The notes: generated by a model not told the origin, from the letters alone. A stretch of 64,000 bases of DNA from Balanoglossus misakiensis (GCA_040954595.2 CM082596.2:4918181-4982180); one strand, 5' to 3'; positions 25,858 through 40,866 are shown, counted from the stretch's first letter. Numbers and translations: made by a program.

Positions 25858-28357
25858 CTAGTGTCCGTTGACCAACAGATCATCCGGCTTGCAGAGATGG
25901 GTGTAGTGTTCAGCCGACGAGTAGGCGCAGAAGACTTTCTTGAAATGGTTCAGGAGCAGCCTCGATGGAATTTGAGACGGGTACAAGCTTCGCCAGAGCT
26001 TGATGGCTTCGTTTCTTTTCATCGTCGTCATGTGTTTGTAGTACTCTTTGGTCGCCTCGTCGACCTGTGAACCGAAACCAGACGACTCGGTGTGATGATC
26101 CTGTATTATGGGATCTGTGTGAGGCTAAATTCCGACATTCACTAAGTTCGGACATTATCATTACATCTACCAGACAGGCTTTATAAAATTCACATCACGA
26201 AGCGTCTTTATCATACCGCCAGCGGTGCGCTAGCGAAGCGAACAAGCGGTCCGGGGAAGTGAGACTCTCAAACTCTCGGCTATATAAGAACTTACACTCT
26301 TGCGTATTTTGGGCAAATCATCGTACGTCAAGACTTCGTTCTTCTTGTGCAGGGTTGGCAAGTGGAACTCGGCAACCTTCAATCGCTGGTGGGTGGCTCC
26401 CAGTCGAGGCGTGAACTGCACATTTTTCGGTTGGTTTGGTCGGTTTTTCGAACGATTCTGAAATAGAGCAAAATACACATTATGCAGTTATACTTGTAGA
26501 TTTGTACCGTCAACTTTACTGGGCATTATGCAAGGTATTTCATCCATGCTGTTTCGTGATGATTGATTGGCTGATTCGTTTTTACCTTCGATCTGTTGCC
26601 CGAGTGGGCGTTGGATGGGTACGGGTTCCCGCTCAGAGAGGGGCGGTCGGTGTTGTGCCTAAAGTTGACGCGGAGTGTGATACGCCCTCTCTTGCAGCGG
26701 CGAGGTTTTACCGCTCTCGGTTTGCTCGGGGTGATGAAGATGTGCAGAGGTTGTGCGTATGGACTCTTCTCATTTTGACCTAGAATGGAAAGAGGAGTTA
26801 TTTGCTGTGAACTTGCAAATCATGGTCAAAACGCCAATACACTTTAACGAAGAATACGCGCATGGTGGCTGAAACTCCCTCCCTCCCTCCCCACCACCAC
26901 CACCACCACCACCACCACCACCACCACCACCACCACCACCATCGTCATCACCAAGTCGGACAATCGACACTGGTGGACAACGCCCTCACCGGCATTGCTT
27001 CTCTTCAGATGTTCCAGGTGCATCACCAATTGCTTCTCTGTGAGACCGATGAGTCGCGCCCCGGCCGCGTAGTGTCCCACAACGTGTGGTATTTGCGCTT
27101 TCTTGTACTTTGTCTTGTAGTATCTGTAACATAACGTTACATTAAAGGTATACAGTCACCTCCAATTTACATACGCCCATATATGGCTGAAGTGGCGTAT
27201 TTGAGCGTTCTAAAGAACATATTGCCGACTTTTGCTATCTAATGTCGAGCCTATTTTTCCCATATTAAAGTCCATTGTGATACATACCCGACAATTTCGT
27301 CCATGGCCTGTAGCGCAGATTTCTTCATGAACTGCGTCAGCGCGTCGAAGAGCAGCGTCTCCCTGGCAATACCCTGATTATTGTCTTTGGGAGGTCCTTC
27401 GTGGCTTTCAACTGAAAGAGACGCAATTATCGATCCAATTCGTCAGTCGAAGAGACTAAAGCTACTCCACACTTTTATCACAGTACCAAATAACTTCATC
27501 ATACGTGTAGTTCATTGCAAGGTCATCCAACCAACCAAACTTACCGAAACTTTCTAAGAATCGTTCTGTGTTTGTCATCAAGGTCAAGAACTCCTCAAAG
27601 TCAATTTCGCCGTTTCCTATAAACATAATCGGGAAAAAAACTCGCCTGTGTTATATTTCAAAGTTTTACGTTAGATGAAAAGGAAATCGGAAAAAGGTTC
27701 ATCCAATTTCTATAAAACCCAAGCCGAGTAACTTGCCATCGTTGTCCAAGTTGTTCATGACATCCTCGATTTCTTCCCGTGATAAAGTGATGTCGACCGA
27801 TCGCAAAGCTTGTTCAAGTTCCTCCGCGTCGATGGAGCCGCCTCCGTTGCTGTCGAACAAATCAAAGACTTCTCGGAAAGCTGAAACGGGAAGACAAAAA
27901 GCGTATTTTAGGCAAAACTGATATTATCATTTTTGTTGGTCCTAGTTACTCTACGTTCCACTTTCTGACTTTAATACACACCTTCAATTTGACCCTTTGT
28001 AAGTCCGTGCCTTTCTTTCTTCTGCTGTTGCTGCTGTGGTCTCCTCGCGGGAATTCCTATCATTTCTGGTCCATAGCTGATGCTGGTTCGCCGCACGCTG
28101 GCCCGCCTTGCCTGGCTCGGCCTCCGCATGCCCGACGACAGTTTGTTCACCTTGAGTGACGTTCTCCGTGTGCGCGTCCTGCCTGCACCGCTGTTCTGGG
28201 CATCGCTCTCGCCGCCGGCGACCGTGTTTGGTCGGTCGAAGTTCGGCAGAGGCGCGATGGTGCTCCCCTCTTCCAGTTTCGCGGCGGAGTGGGCTTCGGG
28301 GCAGAAGTCGGCCGGCACCAGGATTCCGCCGCGTCGGTCGACGTTGCTGCTGGACAT
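25858..28357 (-). CDS. EF-hand calcium-binding protein, SPATA21/EFCAB3-like (about 8 exons)
   Basis: Spliced translation includes AFREVFDLFDSNGGGSIDAEELEQAL..LDNDGNGEIDFEEFLTLM (two EF-hands), ..MDEIVGYYKTK.., KSPYAQPL.., and a last exon VDEATKEYY..LVNGH*; one GC-AG intron at 27617-27736. Confidence 0.75.
26891..26950. repeat. (CAC)n microsatellite in an intron of the EF-hand gene
   Basis: Long caccaccac run. Confidence 0.95.
27146..27220. mobile_element. Partial copy of the 61699-61872 TTAA-flanked MITE
   Basis: TTAA|AGGTATACAGTCACCTCCAATTTACAT... matches the reverse complement of 61801-61872. Confidence 0.65.
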
Positions 28358-29807
28358 ATCACCGAAATTCTGGCATTAAAAATATATCGAAATTTTAAAG
28401 CATTTACCGATGCGCAAGCATCCACCCGCACGCGTTCTTTGCACTGGTCAAGTTGCCAACCTGCGCTTGACGACGCATCCAGAGGAACCGAGAGAGAACG
28501 CGTCGTCGCCCTGGGAACTGCTGCGACTGTGACGTCACAAACGTTCTTCGGCACTCGTCGTGCGTAGTCGTGACGAATGGCCGACGACAATGCAGTTATT
28601 CAGTGAAGGATATTCACCCAGAGACGACCTCCAGCCAAGTAATGTTTTATATATCTTTATTTAAAGCGGGGATTTCTCTCCTGGCAAACTGTTGTACAGC
28701 ATCTAGACCAACCTACACCCAGATATTTCTACATGCAGCAAGCATTTGAATAATAAAAAATATTACTATTACAACAAAATATCAAATAAACAATTTCCAT
28801 GCACCTACATAGAAAGAGACAACAGATTTCTGTTGCAAAAAAGGAAATTGGGCATATTAATTATCATCTCCTTAAAGGAAATTTTTCTAAAGTGTAAACA
28901 GACTTTCATCAATTTGTAGAACCAATGTCCTGTAATCTTTCATCAAAGACAATAACATTACGATCAGCTTTACACAAGATTTATATAAATAGTCACAGAG
29001 TTTATCCTAGTGTAACTTGAATCATTCCGTCCTTTTAATAGTTCAGTTACGAACTGTTTTTATAATCACTGCAATATTAACCTGAAAATGTTGCAAAGTA
29101 ACAGCCTAAACACTGAAGACATAACTTTCCTTTTAGATCAACCAGCAATTTGTAATCTACAATATTTACATTCTTTTTCAGATTATCAAACAATGTTAAA
29201 TAGTTTACAAAATTGATTGTCCATACATTTTCAGTGAATCTGACATGTATTGATCAGGTGGGTGGCCATCACATGACACACACATGATACACTCATGCTC
29301 AGAGCATGACATCTGAAAACTCCACACAAGACACACACACAATATGATTAAGGTAGTATGCACTTTAGGAGGAGGATAATTTTTTTGGTATGGTTATAAA
29401 ATAACACTTATTTTATTAACTTACTATATAATTCTCAGAAATAACTGTATCACTTTCATTGTCGCTTTCAAGACAATTCTTGTCTTTCAGTTGCTTTAAA
29501 ATTCTTTACAAGACTTCAAAACAAAGAAAAGTGCAAAATAATTCCATGTGGTTCTTTAAAAGGGCCAATGGTGCTAACTACGGTAGCTGCCAAAAACAAA
29601 TCTAATTGTACAAAACTCTGAAAGAAAATGTCTGTCCGAGTATAAAACAGCTTGTATATATATATACAATGGATTCAAGATAAATTTGATGTACAGGTAT
29701 GTATGTGTGTACACTGGGCTCACAGCTCAGATAAAACCTGTGTGTATAGATTGTGCTATGCTCCACTTTGTTGATGTTGTTTCGGGGGTCTCTCTTGAAT
29801 GAACGTC

Positions 29808-32800
29808 CTACGAGTCTTGGCTGCGAAGCAGTTGTTGAAAGCGGTCGTTCAGCTTGTCCAGGTCGATGCTGCCATCGCCCACACTGCTGGCTGGTGGGGT
29901 CGGCAGACCAGGCAAGGGCCTGAAATGACAACGAAAAATGCACAGGTTAACACTCCATCATATGACATTTCTGTAACAGGTGCATTCTGGGAAAGTCCAC
30001 GTATGGGACATCTGATTGGACACTGGTTCTTCGACCTATGACCCCTACTTACTCGTATGGATGCAACTCCCTGGCGTTGTAGACCATCTTCTGTATGGTT
30101 TTATTCAGAGTCAGTTCTTCTGGTAGTTTGCCATCGAGAGTCCGGACGTTCAGGTCAATGAAATCCAGATCCTGTCATGACAACATAGAAGATACCATAA
30201 AAAGTTAAAACCAGCAATTTTTTTCTATGAATTGAAAAAAAATGACAAACCAGCAGTTTTCAAGAGATGATTAGAATATAAATGCATCTGTTGAAACAAC
30301 CGGGAAGGAGAGAAGCTTGCATGGAATTGCTGGACAATCTCAGATAGACACAAGCAGAGACTGCATGTCCCATACACACCCTGGTCCATGGCATGACTCG
30401 AAAAAACGGACACAGAAACTCACCGTGAGCATTTTGACGATGTGCTTCTTGGCCTGGCTGCAGGCAAGGTGCAGGGGCGTCAGTCCGCTGTAGTCCTGCA
30501 TGTTGACGCACGACTTGTCCTTCTCCAGCAGCATCTGGATGATTTCCACGGCGTGGTTCTCGCTGGCGCACTCCACCACCCGGTGGAGACACGTGCTGCC
30601 GTCCCGGGCGTTGTAGTCGCACAAGTGGTTGATGACCCGCTTCAGAGCTGCGGGAGACAAACGCCGAACGATTCAAGAATTAATCTTTGCTACGCCTGAG
30701 CCAATTTTTGTGAACACGACGCACAGAATACTGCAAGGGATGGGAAGGTCGTTCCAAATACATGTACAGTAAAACCTGTCTAAATCGAACCCTGGAAACC
30801 TGCCTATACTGAACACCCAATCTAGTCCCCTTTGCCTAAAACCTCAAGTGAAAAAAGCCTCTATAAACCAGTCCCCTCTGCAAACCGAACAATTATCTCA
30901 GTCTCTTTGGTGTCCAGTTTAGGCAGGTTTTACTGTACAAAAAAATAAAACAATCATTACTCAACAGCAGTTGTTGCAGACCACACTGAAGGGTTTAAAT
31001 CACTAATCGACAAATCACTAATCGACAAGAAATACACACATTGAGGGAGATTTAGCAGTGCTTGTAAGACGAGGTCAAAGGTCAGCAAGGCGAGATCGGG
31101 AGGCAGGAGCAACTACACCCAATCACCGTCATTTGTTATTCTTTTAAGATGTTAGATTATACATCAGGCAGCAAGGCAACACTGAATCGTGCTATCTATT
31201 TGAACGCAGAGTGCAACACACAGAGATATTGAAATAAAACATTTTTTTTCAGATTCAACATTCCGGAGTCCCACTAACTTGTTAAATTGATGGGACTTCA
31301 AAATGTCTCTCACTGCTTTCTGTGCTGAGAAACCGATGGAGACGACATGAAATAATGGCCCACTTATGTGGCTGGACATAAGAAAAGGCCCCCCAAGTTA
31401 GGGTTCGCAACTCACCAGCACTCATATTGAAATAAGGCGGGTTGTTATGCTCTGAGAAACTGATGAGGTAAATGTCGCCTTTGCTGAGACCGGTGTGGGG
31501 TCCGACCACGTCCCGGAACGCTTGCTCTCGCAGGTTGAACGACCTGTTTAGATCCTGGGCTTTCTGTTGCCTAGCAACCGCTGCTGCAACTGTCGATTAC
31601 AGGAGAGAAGATGTGGAGTGATGTGATGTGATTAAATTTGAAAGCTTGGCTGGTGATGTGGCACCAATCTTTTCCTGATTTTTTTTTAAAACTCAGAATG
31701 GCAGAAGTTCCATGTTGTGATCTTTATTTCTCCATACTACCAGGGAATATAATGGTGTATGGTTCCCTTTGAGAAAAGAAACACATCCTTTGCTTGAACT
31801 TAGGATCATCTAAAAACAATCTCATCTAATGCAGTTAGTACAACAAGCAAAGTGGGGATAACAGACTTTTCAACAAATTTTGTTTTGTGTGTTTAATAAC
31901 ACTATTTCCTATTGTACTGATTGGGGGATTGGGGCACGTTGAACTGCCCAATATTCACTCCATCAGAACAAATTGTAGACATGATGACTTCACGGGTTCA
32001 CACACTCCCAGTTGCTAGTTTAGATTCATCATGATTTAACATGCACAATTTTGACAGAGTTTGGAAAATTCCATTCCAGTCTTTGCTATTAAAGTTGATT
32101 TGATTTGGTTTTGCAGGTTTTAACAGAGAAGGTTAGTGGCAGGGAAGTGAGAGTTAGACAAACACAATTGTATTTTTTGTTGTTAGCAGCATGGACAGGG
32201 ACAGCTGTGCAGGGCATTTAGTCAAACCGGACTTTGAAGGCACACGTGACTTTGGAAAACCATGACGACAAGTTGCCTACCGGCCAAATCATCATCCGAG
32301 CTGACCGGGCTGATCCTCTTCAGACTGGACACTGGGTACGTCGCGTAGCGGTTGAACCGTCCCGAGCTGGTGAACTCGGCCGACTGCTGTAAGTAGCCAG
32401 AGGGTGTCCTGCATCTTCGCTGGTTGTTGTACATGTGATTACTCTCTGTGTCGCTGAACTCGGAGGCTGAGCTCGGATCTGTGCGTGTTCCTGTCAGGGT
32501 TAGAACAAAGTTTGGTTGGTTCAATATAGATCATTCTCCACTCATTGCGAGATCTTGCGAGACTTCGTTAATTGCAATAGGAGCGGGTTCATAGCCAAGT
32601 AATACACGTCAAGTTTTGGATGAAATTAAAATTGGTGTAAAGTTTAAAACTGCCAAATTTCACAACACATTACATAACACCACACACCACTATCTCACCT
32701 AGAAATCTGGAATTCATCATTGCTGATGTGGTGTGATCCATGAATGACCCAGAGTCTGTGTCAGATTGATCGTGATTCCAATAACTGAAAAACAAATTCA

Positions 32801-35800
32801 AAGGTGAAAAGGGTTAAAGCCATGTATTCCAATTTCAATATGTTCCGATTGACAGGGTATGCACACACAGAAAGTGAACTTGTGACAATATGATTATGCA
32901 TCACCAATACTATGCAAAACAATGTTCCAAGACTGCCCTCACAGTCTTACTGCTACATAAGACTGATTTGCATCTACAATACTTGCCTGTCAGTGTTGCT
33001 ATCGATGACCTGTCGATGTATAGCTGACTGTAGCAGAAATCTCACCACTTCAACTCTGCCATGGTAACAGGCCATCATCAAAGGGCTGTCACCTTTGAAG
33101 TTTCTCAGATTATGGTCAAAGATCGGCTGGAAAATAAGAATGGCGTGCTGATATAAATTACACACAGTTTATCCATCAACTGATTTATTGATCATGATCT
33201 TGTCGATACATTTATGATTTGGACCAAACCAATGTGATGAAAGGGTGAAATCATGCAGCTCACCTGCCATATCTTTTTCAGCTTGGACAACCCTTTCCTG
33301 TCCCTGATCAAGGCCATGATTCTCATGGCCCTGTCTTTCCTGTGCGTTTCCAGCAAACACTGCACTCCCTCATAATCCTGGCACTTGTACAGGTTGCCGT
33401 CGGCATCCAAGATGGCCGAACTGGCGCCTCTCATCAGGAGCGCCCGCAGGACTTTGCTGAATCCTGTGTTGGGGGAGAAGAAATACTTAGAGTCATGGAG
33501 TCACAACTTCACATACATTACTTTTCAGTAAACATCAGTAACAAAACCACTCATTTTCTGTTTCTTTTGCCACCAAAAAAATCCGAGGCACAATATTTCT
33601 TTGTGCTCCCTTACCTTTATTGGCAGCCATTTGTAACGCTGTCTGTCCCGAGTTATTCATGGCGTTGATGTCAAGTTCCAGATAGCACGAGATGGTTTCA
33701 GCTTTGCCCGGGCCGAACAGTCCGTCTCTCTTACAGATGTGGAGAAGGAATTTCACCACTTGTACGTGGCCCCGCGCACTAGCAACATGCAGGACTGTGG
33801 CGTTGGTCGATGGGTGACGACGACTGACATCCCCTCCTCTCTGAAAATGGAACATCCCACTCTGGCTGTCATCATAGTGCAGAGAATTGTCACTGCGGCG
33901 CTCAGATTGAAGTTCACAGATTCAAATTTTCGAACAATTTTTCCAGAGCTTAATTCTTGCTTATTTGCAGGTTTTTTTTTAAATTTGAAAGATCATGACC
34001 ATTCAAATGACAAGTACTCCCAGCCTCACCTCATACAAGAGCTGAATGAGGTCCAGGTGTCCGTTTTCGACTGCCACCATCAGCGGCCAATCACCAGCTC
34101 CCGTCAGAGGATTCACGTTGTCGCCATCTTCCAGGACGCAGAACAGTCGGTTGGCGTTGCCGTTGGCAGCGCACTCAAACAAGGCTGGCGTGACGACCTG
34201 CTTCTGTCGTCTCTCCATGGCTAGTTCGATAACGTCTCGGATTTCTGACTCTGTGCTCAAATGTAGAGCCTTTTCAAGACCCTGGTCAAAACATTGGCAT
34301 AAGAATGCAATTAATTTATGCTGTACATAAGGTTTGCATCATAAAACAAACCAAACAACATAATAAAGATTAGCATGTACAGTGTACAACTACTTCCTCC
34401 AAAACTGGAATGTAGAAGGTCAAATATTAGGTACGTACCACGAGACAATGGTCGTAGAATATGATAGTCTCCACAACTTTTTTGTGTTGTTCCTGACATG
34501 CATAATGTATTGGAAGATATCCGTAGATATCTTTGATGGAGGCATCAGCGTTGTTCTGTATCAACACCTGCACTGCACGGGCGTGTCCATTGAAAGCTGC
34601 CAAGGAAAGCGCTGTCCGTAGAGTCTGCAAAGAATGAATTTCCAGATTTCAAACAGTGAGATGTGAACCCTGCTGATTTGGCCAGAGCACAGAACTGGAA
34701 AATGCGATCACGATATTGGTTCAATGAAAAATCCTAAAAATCTGTTTGTTGTTTATCCCACAGTATAATCTGCAGGCAAACATAATGAAAAGTATTACCA
34801 GATGTTCTGACAGGGAGTATGCTCAGTGGACAAACTTACCCTGGGGTGCTGTGCATTGACCGGGCATTTGGGTAAGCTAAGCAAGATTCTCAAATTTTCA
34901 ATCCTGAAAATTAAAAAAAATAGCATCAATACCAATTATGAGTGGAAGTATGTATGGGAGACACTCCCTGATATATACAGTGGTTTTCCACATACGCATT
35001 GCAAACTCAATGGTTACCATACCTGTTATACTCAGCTGCCACCATGAGCAAAGTTCTGTCTTGACCGTCAATCATAAACTGGTCTGTCTCTCGTAGATCA
35101 GTTTCTTTCAATCTGGCCTGAAAATGAGATTCATATTATGCTACATCGTGTTTACTGCTCAGAGAATTCAAGCCGCAAATTTGTGAACAGATAAAAAATG
35201 AAGGTGATAGGCAAGCAAGGGCAATGGGAAATACTAATACACACATGCACAGAAGGCTACAATGCAAGCATACGCACGCACACACTGGGAATGTCAATGA
35301 TACTTGATGATCATATTAGTGATCACTATATTAGTGAAATGTGATCAGAAATGAAGTGCGTTGATTTGCATCATGAAGAAAGAAGAAAGAGAGTATAATG
35401 TACAAAGGCAAAGTGGTTTTAGTTCATCAGAGACAACGAAAGCAGATTTTTTGTGAATAAGCAAGCACTTTACTGCAGGGAACACTGACTTCAAAGCATG
35501 CTGGGATATCATCAGTGTTGCCTAGCGATGACTCGAGCGGGGTTTGTTCGGCAGAAGGCATATACAAGCGTGTGAGGCGCAATGAGTTGCTGCTTAAACT
35601 CCTGCATAGGGTTGTTGTCAAACCATACTCATTATTCTATAAATAAACAATAAATAAACAAACATACATGTAAATAGTAATTAAATGTGCCAATTTTTTT
35701 AACATTCATAATCTACTACTACATCAACAGGCAAGGACTCTTACTTGCTGCAAAATCTAGAGAAAAATCAAGTTTATAGCTGATCAAACAATGTTAATAA

Positions 35801-38800
35801 TAATACATCATGCAAAAATCTTGCACATGACAAATTTCCTACAAAATTTACATTTATATCATTGTTTATTCGTACAACATCAACTTACATTTTCTGCTCT
35901 GTTGCTAAGCAACTCGCATCTCTGTGTTCTTTTGGTCACGATAGCCTCCTCGCAATCTTCGTTGCCGTGTCTCTTCGCCAGATCGTCGGCACGGAGATAA
36001 TCCATGCTTTCCAAGTTCACGTCCGCCCCTCTCTTGATTAAAACACTGTAAAAAACAACAACAATCAAAACAATTCACATCACCACTTTGGCAATCAGAT
36101 CACGTGAGGTTTGCAATCTGACCCAAAATGACCGTTTGACAAGTTCTTAAGGCACCTCGGACTCTCCAGACCAAACACAGACATATTACGCACATGATTT
36201 ATGTAGAAAATGACCTCTATACACATCAAAGGTTTTCCTTTGTATACAATCTCCATACATGTCACTGTTAAACACACATTGAAAGGCCCCCAGACACGGT
36301 TCACAACGAATGTACTTTCAACCACTTCACAAAATCAGTTCAGAGTACGAAGGAAACAATAAAATGACCAAATTTATGACATAACATTTTGAAAGAAAAC
36401 ACGACCCAAGTTATGATATACTTTTGTAAGACCCCACTGTTGTGTTTGAAAGCTTGGAACATTCCACGTGAATGCAGGGGGGTGAGAGGTGCACAGAGAG
36501 AGAGAGAGAGAGAGAGAGCACGTACTTGACAACATCCAGTTTGTTTTCTTTGGCAGCATAGTGTAACGGTGTCCATCTATTCCTGGGGTTGGCATTGTTG
36601 GGGTCAGCACCTAGGCAAGATATCAAAACCTGCAGAAAGACCAAGAACAAAACAACAATGATGAAACATAAAAACATTGACACTCAAGTCTCTGTACATA
36701 TATTTACGTAACTGTGTTGAACCGTTCTGTTCACACAATTGAAATTTATATTCCCTAACACTCGCAGATCTGAACATCAGGCTCACCTCTGCAATAACAG
36801 CGTGACCGTTCTCTGCAGCGATACAAAGGGGTGTCATACCATAACGAGTGTATTCCTCGATGTCAGCACACTGTATATAAACTAAGTTCAGTATGAGGGC
36901 CAACTGAGATAAACCTGACATAAAAAACAACAACAAATCAAAGAATCAGATTAAAGTTTCCATGGAAAACAGACATGCACAGTGCAAAATCTTGCTTTCA
37001 AGATATTTTGTATCATACAACTGGTATAATTCCAGTTTACTATGTAACACCCGGCACAAGAAGTTGTATCATGATTTACGGTAACACTGGATACAAAATT
37101 TCAATCAGGATCTGCAGTTTATTGTAGAAGACGCAATTTTTAAAATAGTTTGAAACAATTTCAGTGTGAGAACTGCTTACCTACTCTGACAGCGCTGTGA
37201 AATAACGTATCGCCTTCTGCATTTCTCTCTTTGTTGATGTCAAAATCTAAACTCTGTAAAAACAATATATACATGAATAAATGTGACATCCTTCATTAAT
37301 ACATGGTGTGTACATGTTAACTTAACTAATATTCACATTGGCAGTTAATACACTCCATTGTTGTTAATCAACTTTAATTGTACTGAAGACAGAATTGACA
37401 TTAGGAGATGAATCTACATCCACGACATTACCACACATTCGAACGCACCTGTAGTTTGATTTGAATTTCGTCGAAGCTTTTGGAGTGTCTGACTAGATTG
37501 AAGAGTGTATCTTTATCTTGTAGGGAGGCTGGTGTGTTGGGTCTCTTCATTGGAGTGGAACTGCGCAGCGTCAGAAGTCTCTTGGTTTTGCTGCAGTAAC
37601 ACACCTGTTCAGCTGTCCTGCCTGTGAAGAGGAACATATGATGTCATGGATTACCGACTCATTTGATTCTCTACCTGCTGTAGAATAGTTCATATTCACT
37701 AGGAATTCGTTTTCACTATTTTCACTGGACTCATTTTTCTGCTGTACTGAGTGTCAATCTCAAAGCCACTATATCCACCCGACTTTTCTTCAGACATACA
37801 CACTGACTGAGAAACGGTGGCGCACACACTTACCAAACTTGTCAGTATTTTTGGTCGAAATACCGGACGACAGAAGAAAAGTCACAGCCTCTTGGTTTCT
37901 TGCAATGCAGGCGAGATGCAACATGGTGTTCCCAAACGGTTCAAAACGCTGACTCAAACCTGTAGCAGAGCAAAAACAAACAGTGGGGGTTATGTCACCA
38001 TTTAATACAAATGTGTACAGTTCCTCTGTAGAGGGACTGTGATACGTGTATGTGTTACTGAAGCATTTTCAGTTTTATTTATACATGTAAGGAATCATGA
38101 CAAGATAACCTTGTGCATTATGTTACATATGGTATATGATATGTTTGCCTTATTTTTATCAGTAAAAATAAAAACATGTATTCTTTCGTCTATAACAAAC
38201 CCATGTCCACATGCTAAACCAATAAGAAAGCCCAGCTATATTTAGACGCTGACCTGATCAAAGGAATTGGACTTTGATTTATTAAACCTGTGCCTATAGA
38301 ACCTACATACAAACAACGCACAATTGAAACCCAAACTTTTCATAAGGGATAGCTGTGAACTTTACTGAGTGAATGTGACACAACAGAAAAAAAGGATGAC
38401 CTGATATGAACTTGATAGATTGAATCAGACATTGCTGATAACGCCGTGTTCTCATTTCTGTGACCTAATTATCACCAGACATCACTGCATTACAGAAATA
38501 ACATAACATTTAACCACTCAAGGTGACTTTGTGTTCCAAGGAATTCTTCGGACACTATGTCTTGAAAGAACAATGACCTGACTGTTCCTCGGGTCATGAC
38601 CTGAACTGCAGCCCCTCCCTCCGAAGGACTGTGGCTGAAGCCATATTTCACAGGAGAGTATGGCCAATGAAGTTATCTAATGGTGTCATCTACACGTACA
38701 TGTGTGCTCTTGATTGTCTGTATACTATTTTTCACTCATTGTGTACAACTAACACAGTTACACTGACTCAATACATAATATCAGGACATCACTTTACAAA

Positions 38801-39425
38801 TCTGGCAGATATAACTGTTCAGTTTTTGCAATCTGAATTGATTCTTGTTCATGTCTGTACATGTACATATGTCAGATATATACAGATTAACAATACCATA
38901 TTGGCTCTCTCAGTTTTCATGTATGTTTCAGATATCTTCAAAAGCAGACAAAAAATATCAGTATACTTGGAACACAGTACAAATGCACGTTGTTATTTAA
39001 TTCTTCAACCTGTTTGGCTGTAGTGTCTACATGCAGCTTCTACCACACCCAGCCTCTAATGGCCTCTAAAGGAAATTTAGTATACATGTACAACAGTGCA
39101 GACATGTATACTCACCAATGATTCTACACCGTAGCAGTTCCTTCAAGACTCTGACGGGACCGCAACGCAGCACCAGCTTCGCGCACTCTATTACGGCTTC
39201 TCGTAACGCCGATTGCGCGAAGACGTCTCGCACCAGCATTCTCAAGTCCTCGCCCTCGGGCCACAGCGACTCGAACGCCACCAGCGTGCCGCCGTAATTG
39301 TGCGGGTGGAAAGTCAAGTTCGGTCGCCAGAACGTGTTGCAGATATTGACGTGCGAGTCGATGTTGTGCTTCCTGGGGGCATCGTCGTCGTCGTCACGGA
39401 TACGATGCATGCCTCGGGACGCCAT
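29808..39425 (-). CDS. Large multi-exon ankyrin-repeat protein (about 20 exons)
   Basis: Repeated ankyrin motifs in successive exons: GMTPLCIAAENGH, WTPLHYAAKENK, RTALSLAAFNGH, GYLPIHYAC, GDWPLMVAVENGH, ATVLHVASARGH, GDSPLMMACYHGR, GLTPLHLACSQ. First coding exon MASRGMHR.. at 39425; last exon ends ..QLLRSQDS* at 29808. Confidence 0.8.
30767..30935. mobile_element. Tc1/mariner (pogo-like) MITE
   Basis: TA|CAGTAAAACCTGTCTAAA...TTTAGGCAGGTTTTACTG|TA (17/18 TIR match, TA duplication). Confidence 0.8.
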
Positions 39426-40866
39426 CGTCCTTTTTTTTACGAGGAATCCTTTTTTTTCTCTCACAAACTATGCAGTACCTACTATGAGATATGACAGCAA
39501 CATTGCCAATGTGTCTATAAGCCACCTTCACATGTTGTAGTACGGTACTTGGTCACATTCAGAAGCACATATGTCGATCGGCCCCGTTTCTTTATCCTTT
39601 TGTCAATTCCATGACACGACGCTAACCACGCACTTCCTCAATTTCATCGGCATTCATCTTCGTCATGTGCTAATATGATCCACTTCTTTCCCCCTCCTTT
39701 TGTTTTCAATTTCAGTGTACTATCCAGTGGGATTGATTCCTGATTTCTTGTTAGTCACTCTCTCCGTAGGGGGGCAGGAGCAGTTTACAACTTCCTGCTC
39801 TCCTTGAATCTGTAAAAGACGGAAAATTCACAGTTAGCTGGACTTGCCTTACTAGAACTTCAGGAAGTACATATCATGATTAACCAGCTATTCCATTTCA
39901 GTTTGATACAATGATCCGATATCACATGACACAAGTCATGATATAAGTATACAAATATATCTACATGTACATGTATATGTTTACCAGGAACATGTTTTTT
40001 GTTTGCCTTTACAGATGTACATACGTCATATTCTGTAATTTGCAAGTCACCATGCTTGCAACGACGTAATACAAACATTACCTAATAAAATTTATGATCA
40101 GAATAATCTTGCCTGTGTCATGATTTAATCTACCCAGAAATATCAAATGACATTTTCACTCTCTTATCATAAGACATTTCTCCTTTTTTCATGACTTTAT
40201 CATTTGGAAGTAAAAAAAAGCACGCCAAGACCTCTCAAGTACTGATAGTGCAGCCACGTTTTGATAATGATACATTCATCAAGCCATTGTACACTGTCAA
40301 GAAGTCACCTGATCAATGATCTGGTGACCTCAAAACTTGGGTAATCAATGGCATGAGTCAAAACCATCCATTACAACTGTTTCAAACTGTTTCTTAAAAC
40401 ACTTGCTTCAGCCAGATTCAAAAGATAACATGAATACCTGTATCCCATACAGTGAATACCCAGAATTCCAAGGGACAGTGGTGCCAAGAAACCAAAACTT
40501 CTGAAAACAGCACATGACAACTTTGACGCAAAAATGATATGTGAAAACAACACGCCCCCTTACTGGATCATGATTTAATATAAATTTAGGTATTACTAAG
40601 AACTTTTAAGTGGACGTGTTTCTGAGAAAAAAGTGATCAACAACTTTTACACCAGGAAAACATTAATTCCACTTATTGGGTACATCATTTCAAAATGAAA
40701 GTGGGCCACCAGACTGACTAGAATTACTACATAATTATAGTACCAATCATTTGGATTTTCCAAGTAACTACTAGCATATCAGTTACATGTACCCTGACAC
40801 AGAGTATTTATAGCCAGTGTATTTTTTTAACACTAACATATAAATGCTCTGCTTTTTTTCTTTTAA

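Noticed and set aside
26770-27134. Poly-His / poly-Gly ORFs
   Set aside because: Intronic (CAC)n repeat plus antisense of an EF-hand gene exon.
29808-39425. Ankyrin gene as ANKIB1 (head-to-head neighbour of vertebrate KRIT1)
   Set aside because: No RING-IBR-RING motifs seen; ankyrin repeats run through the whole protein.
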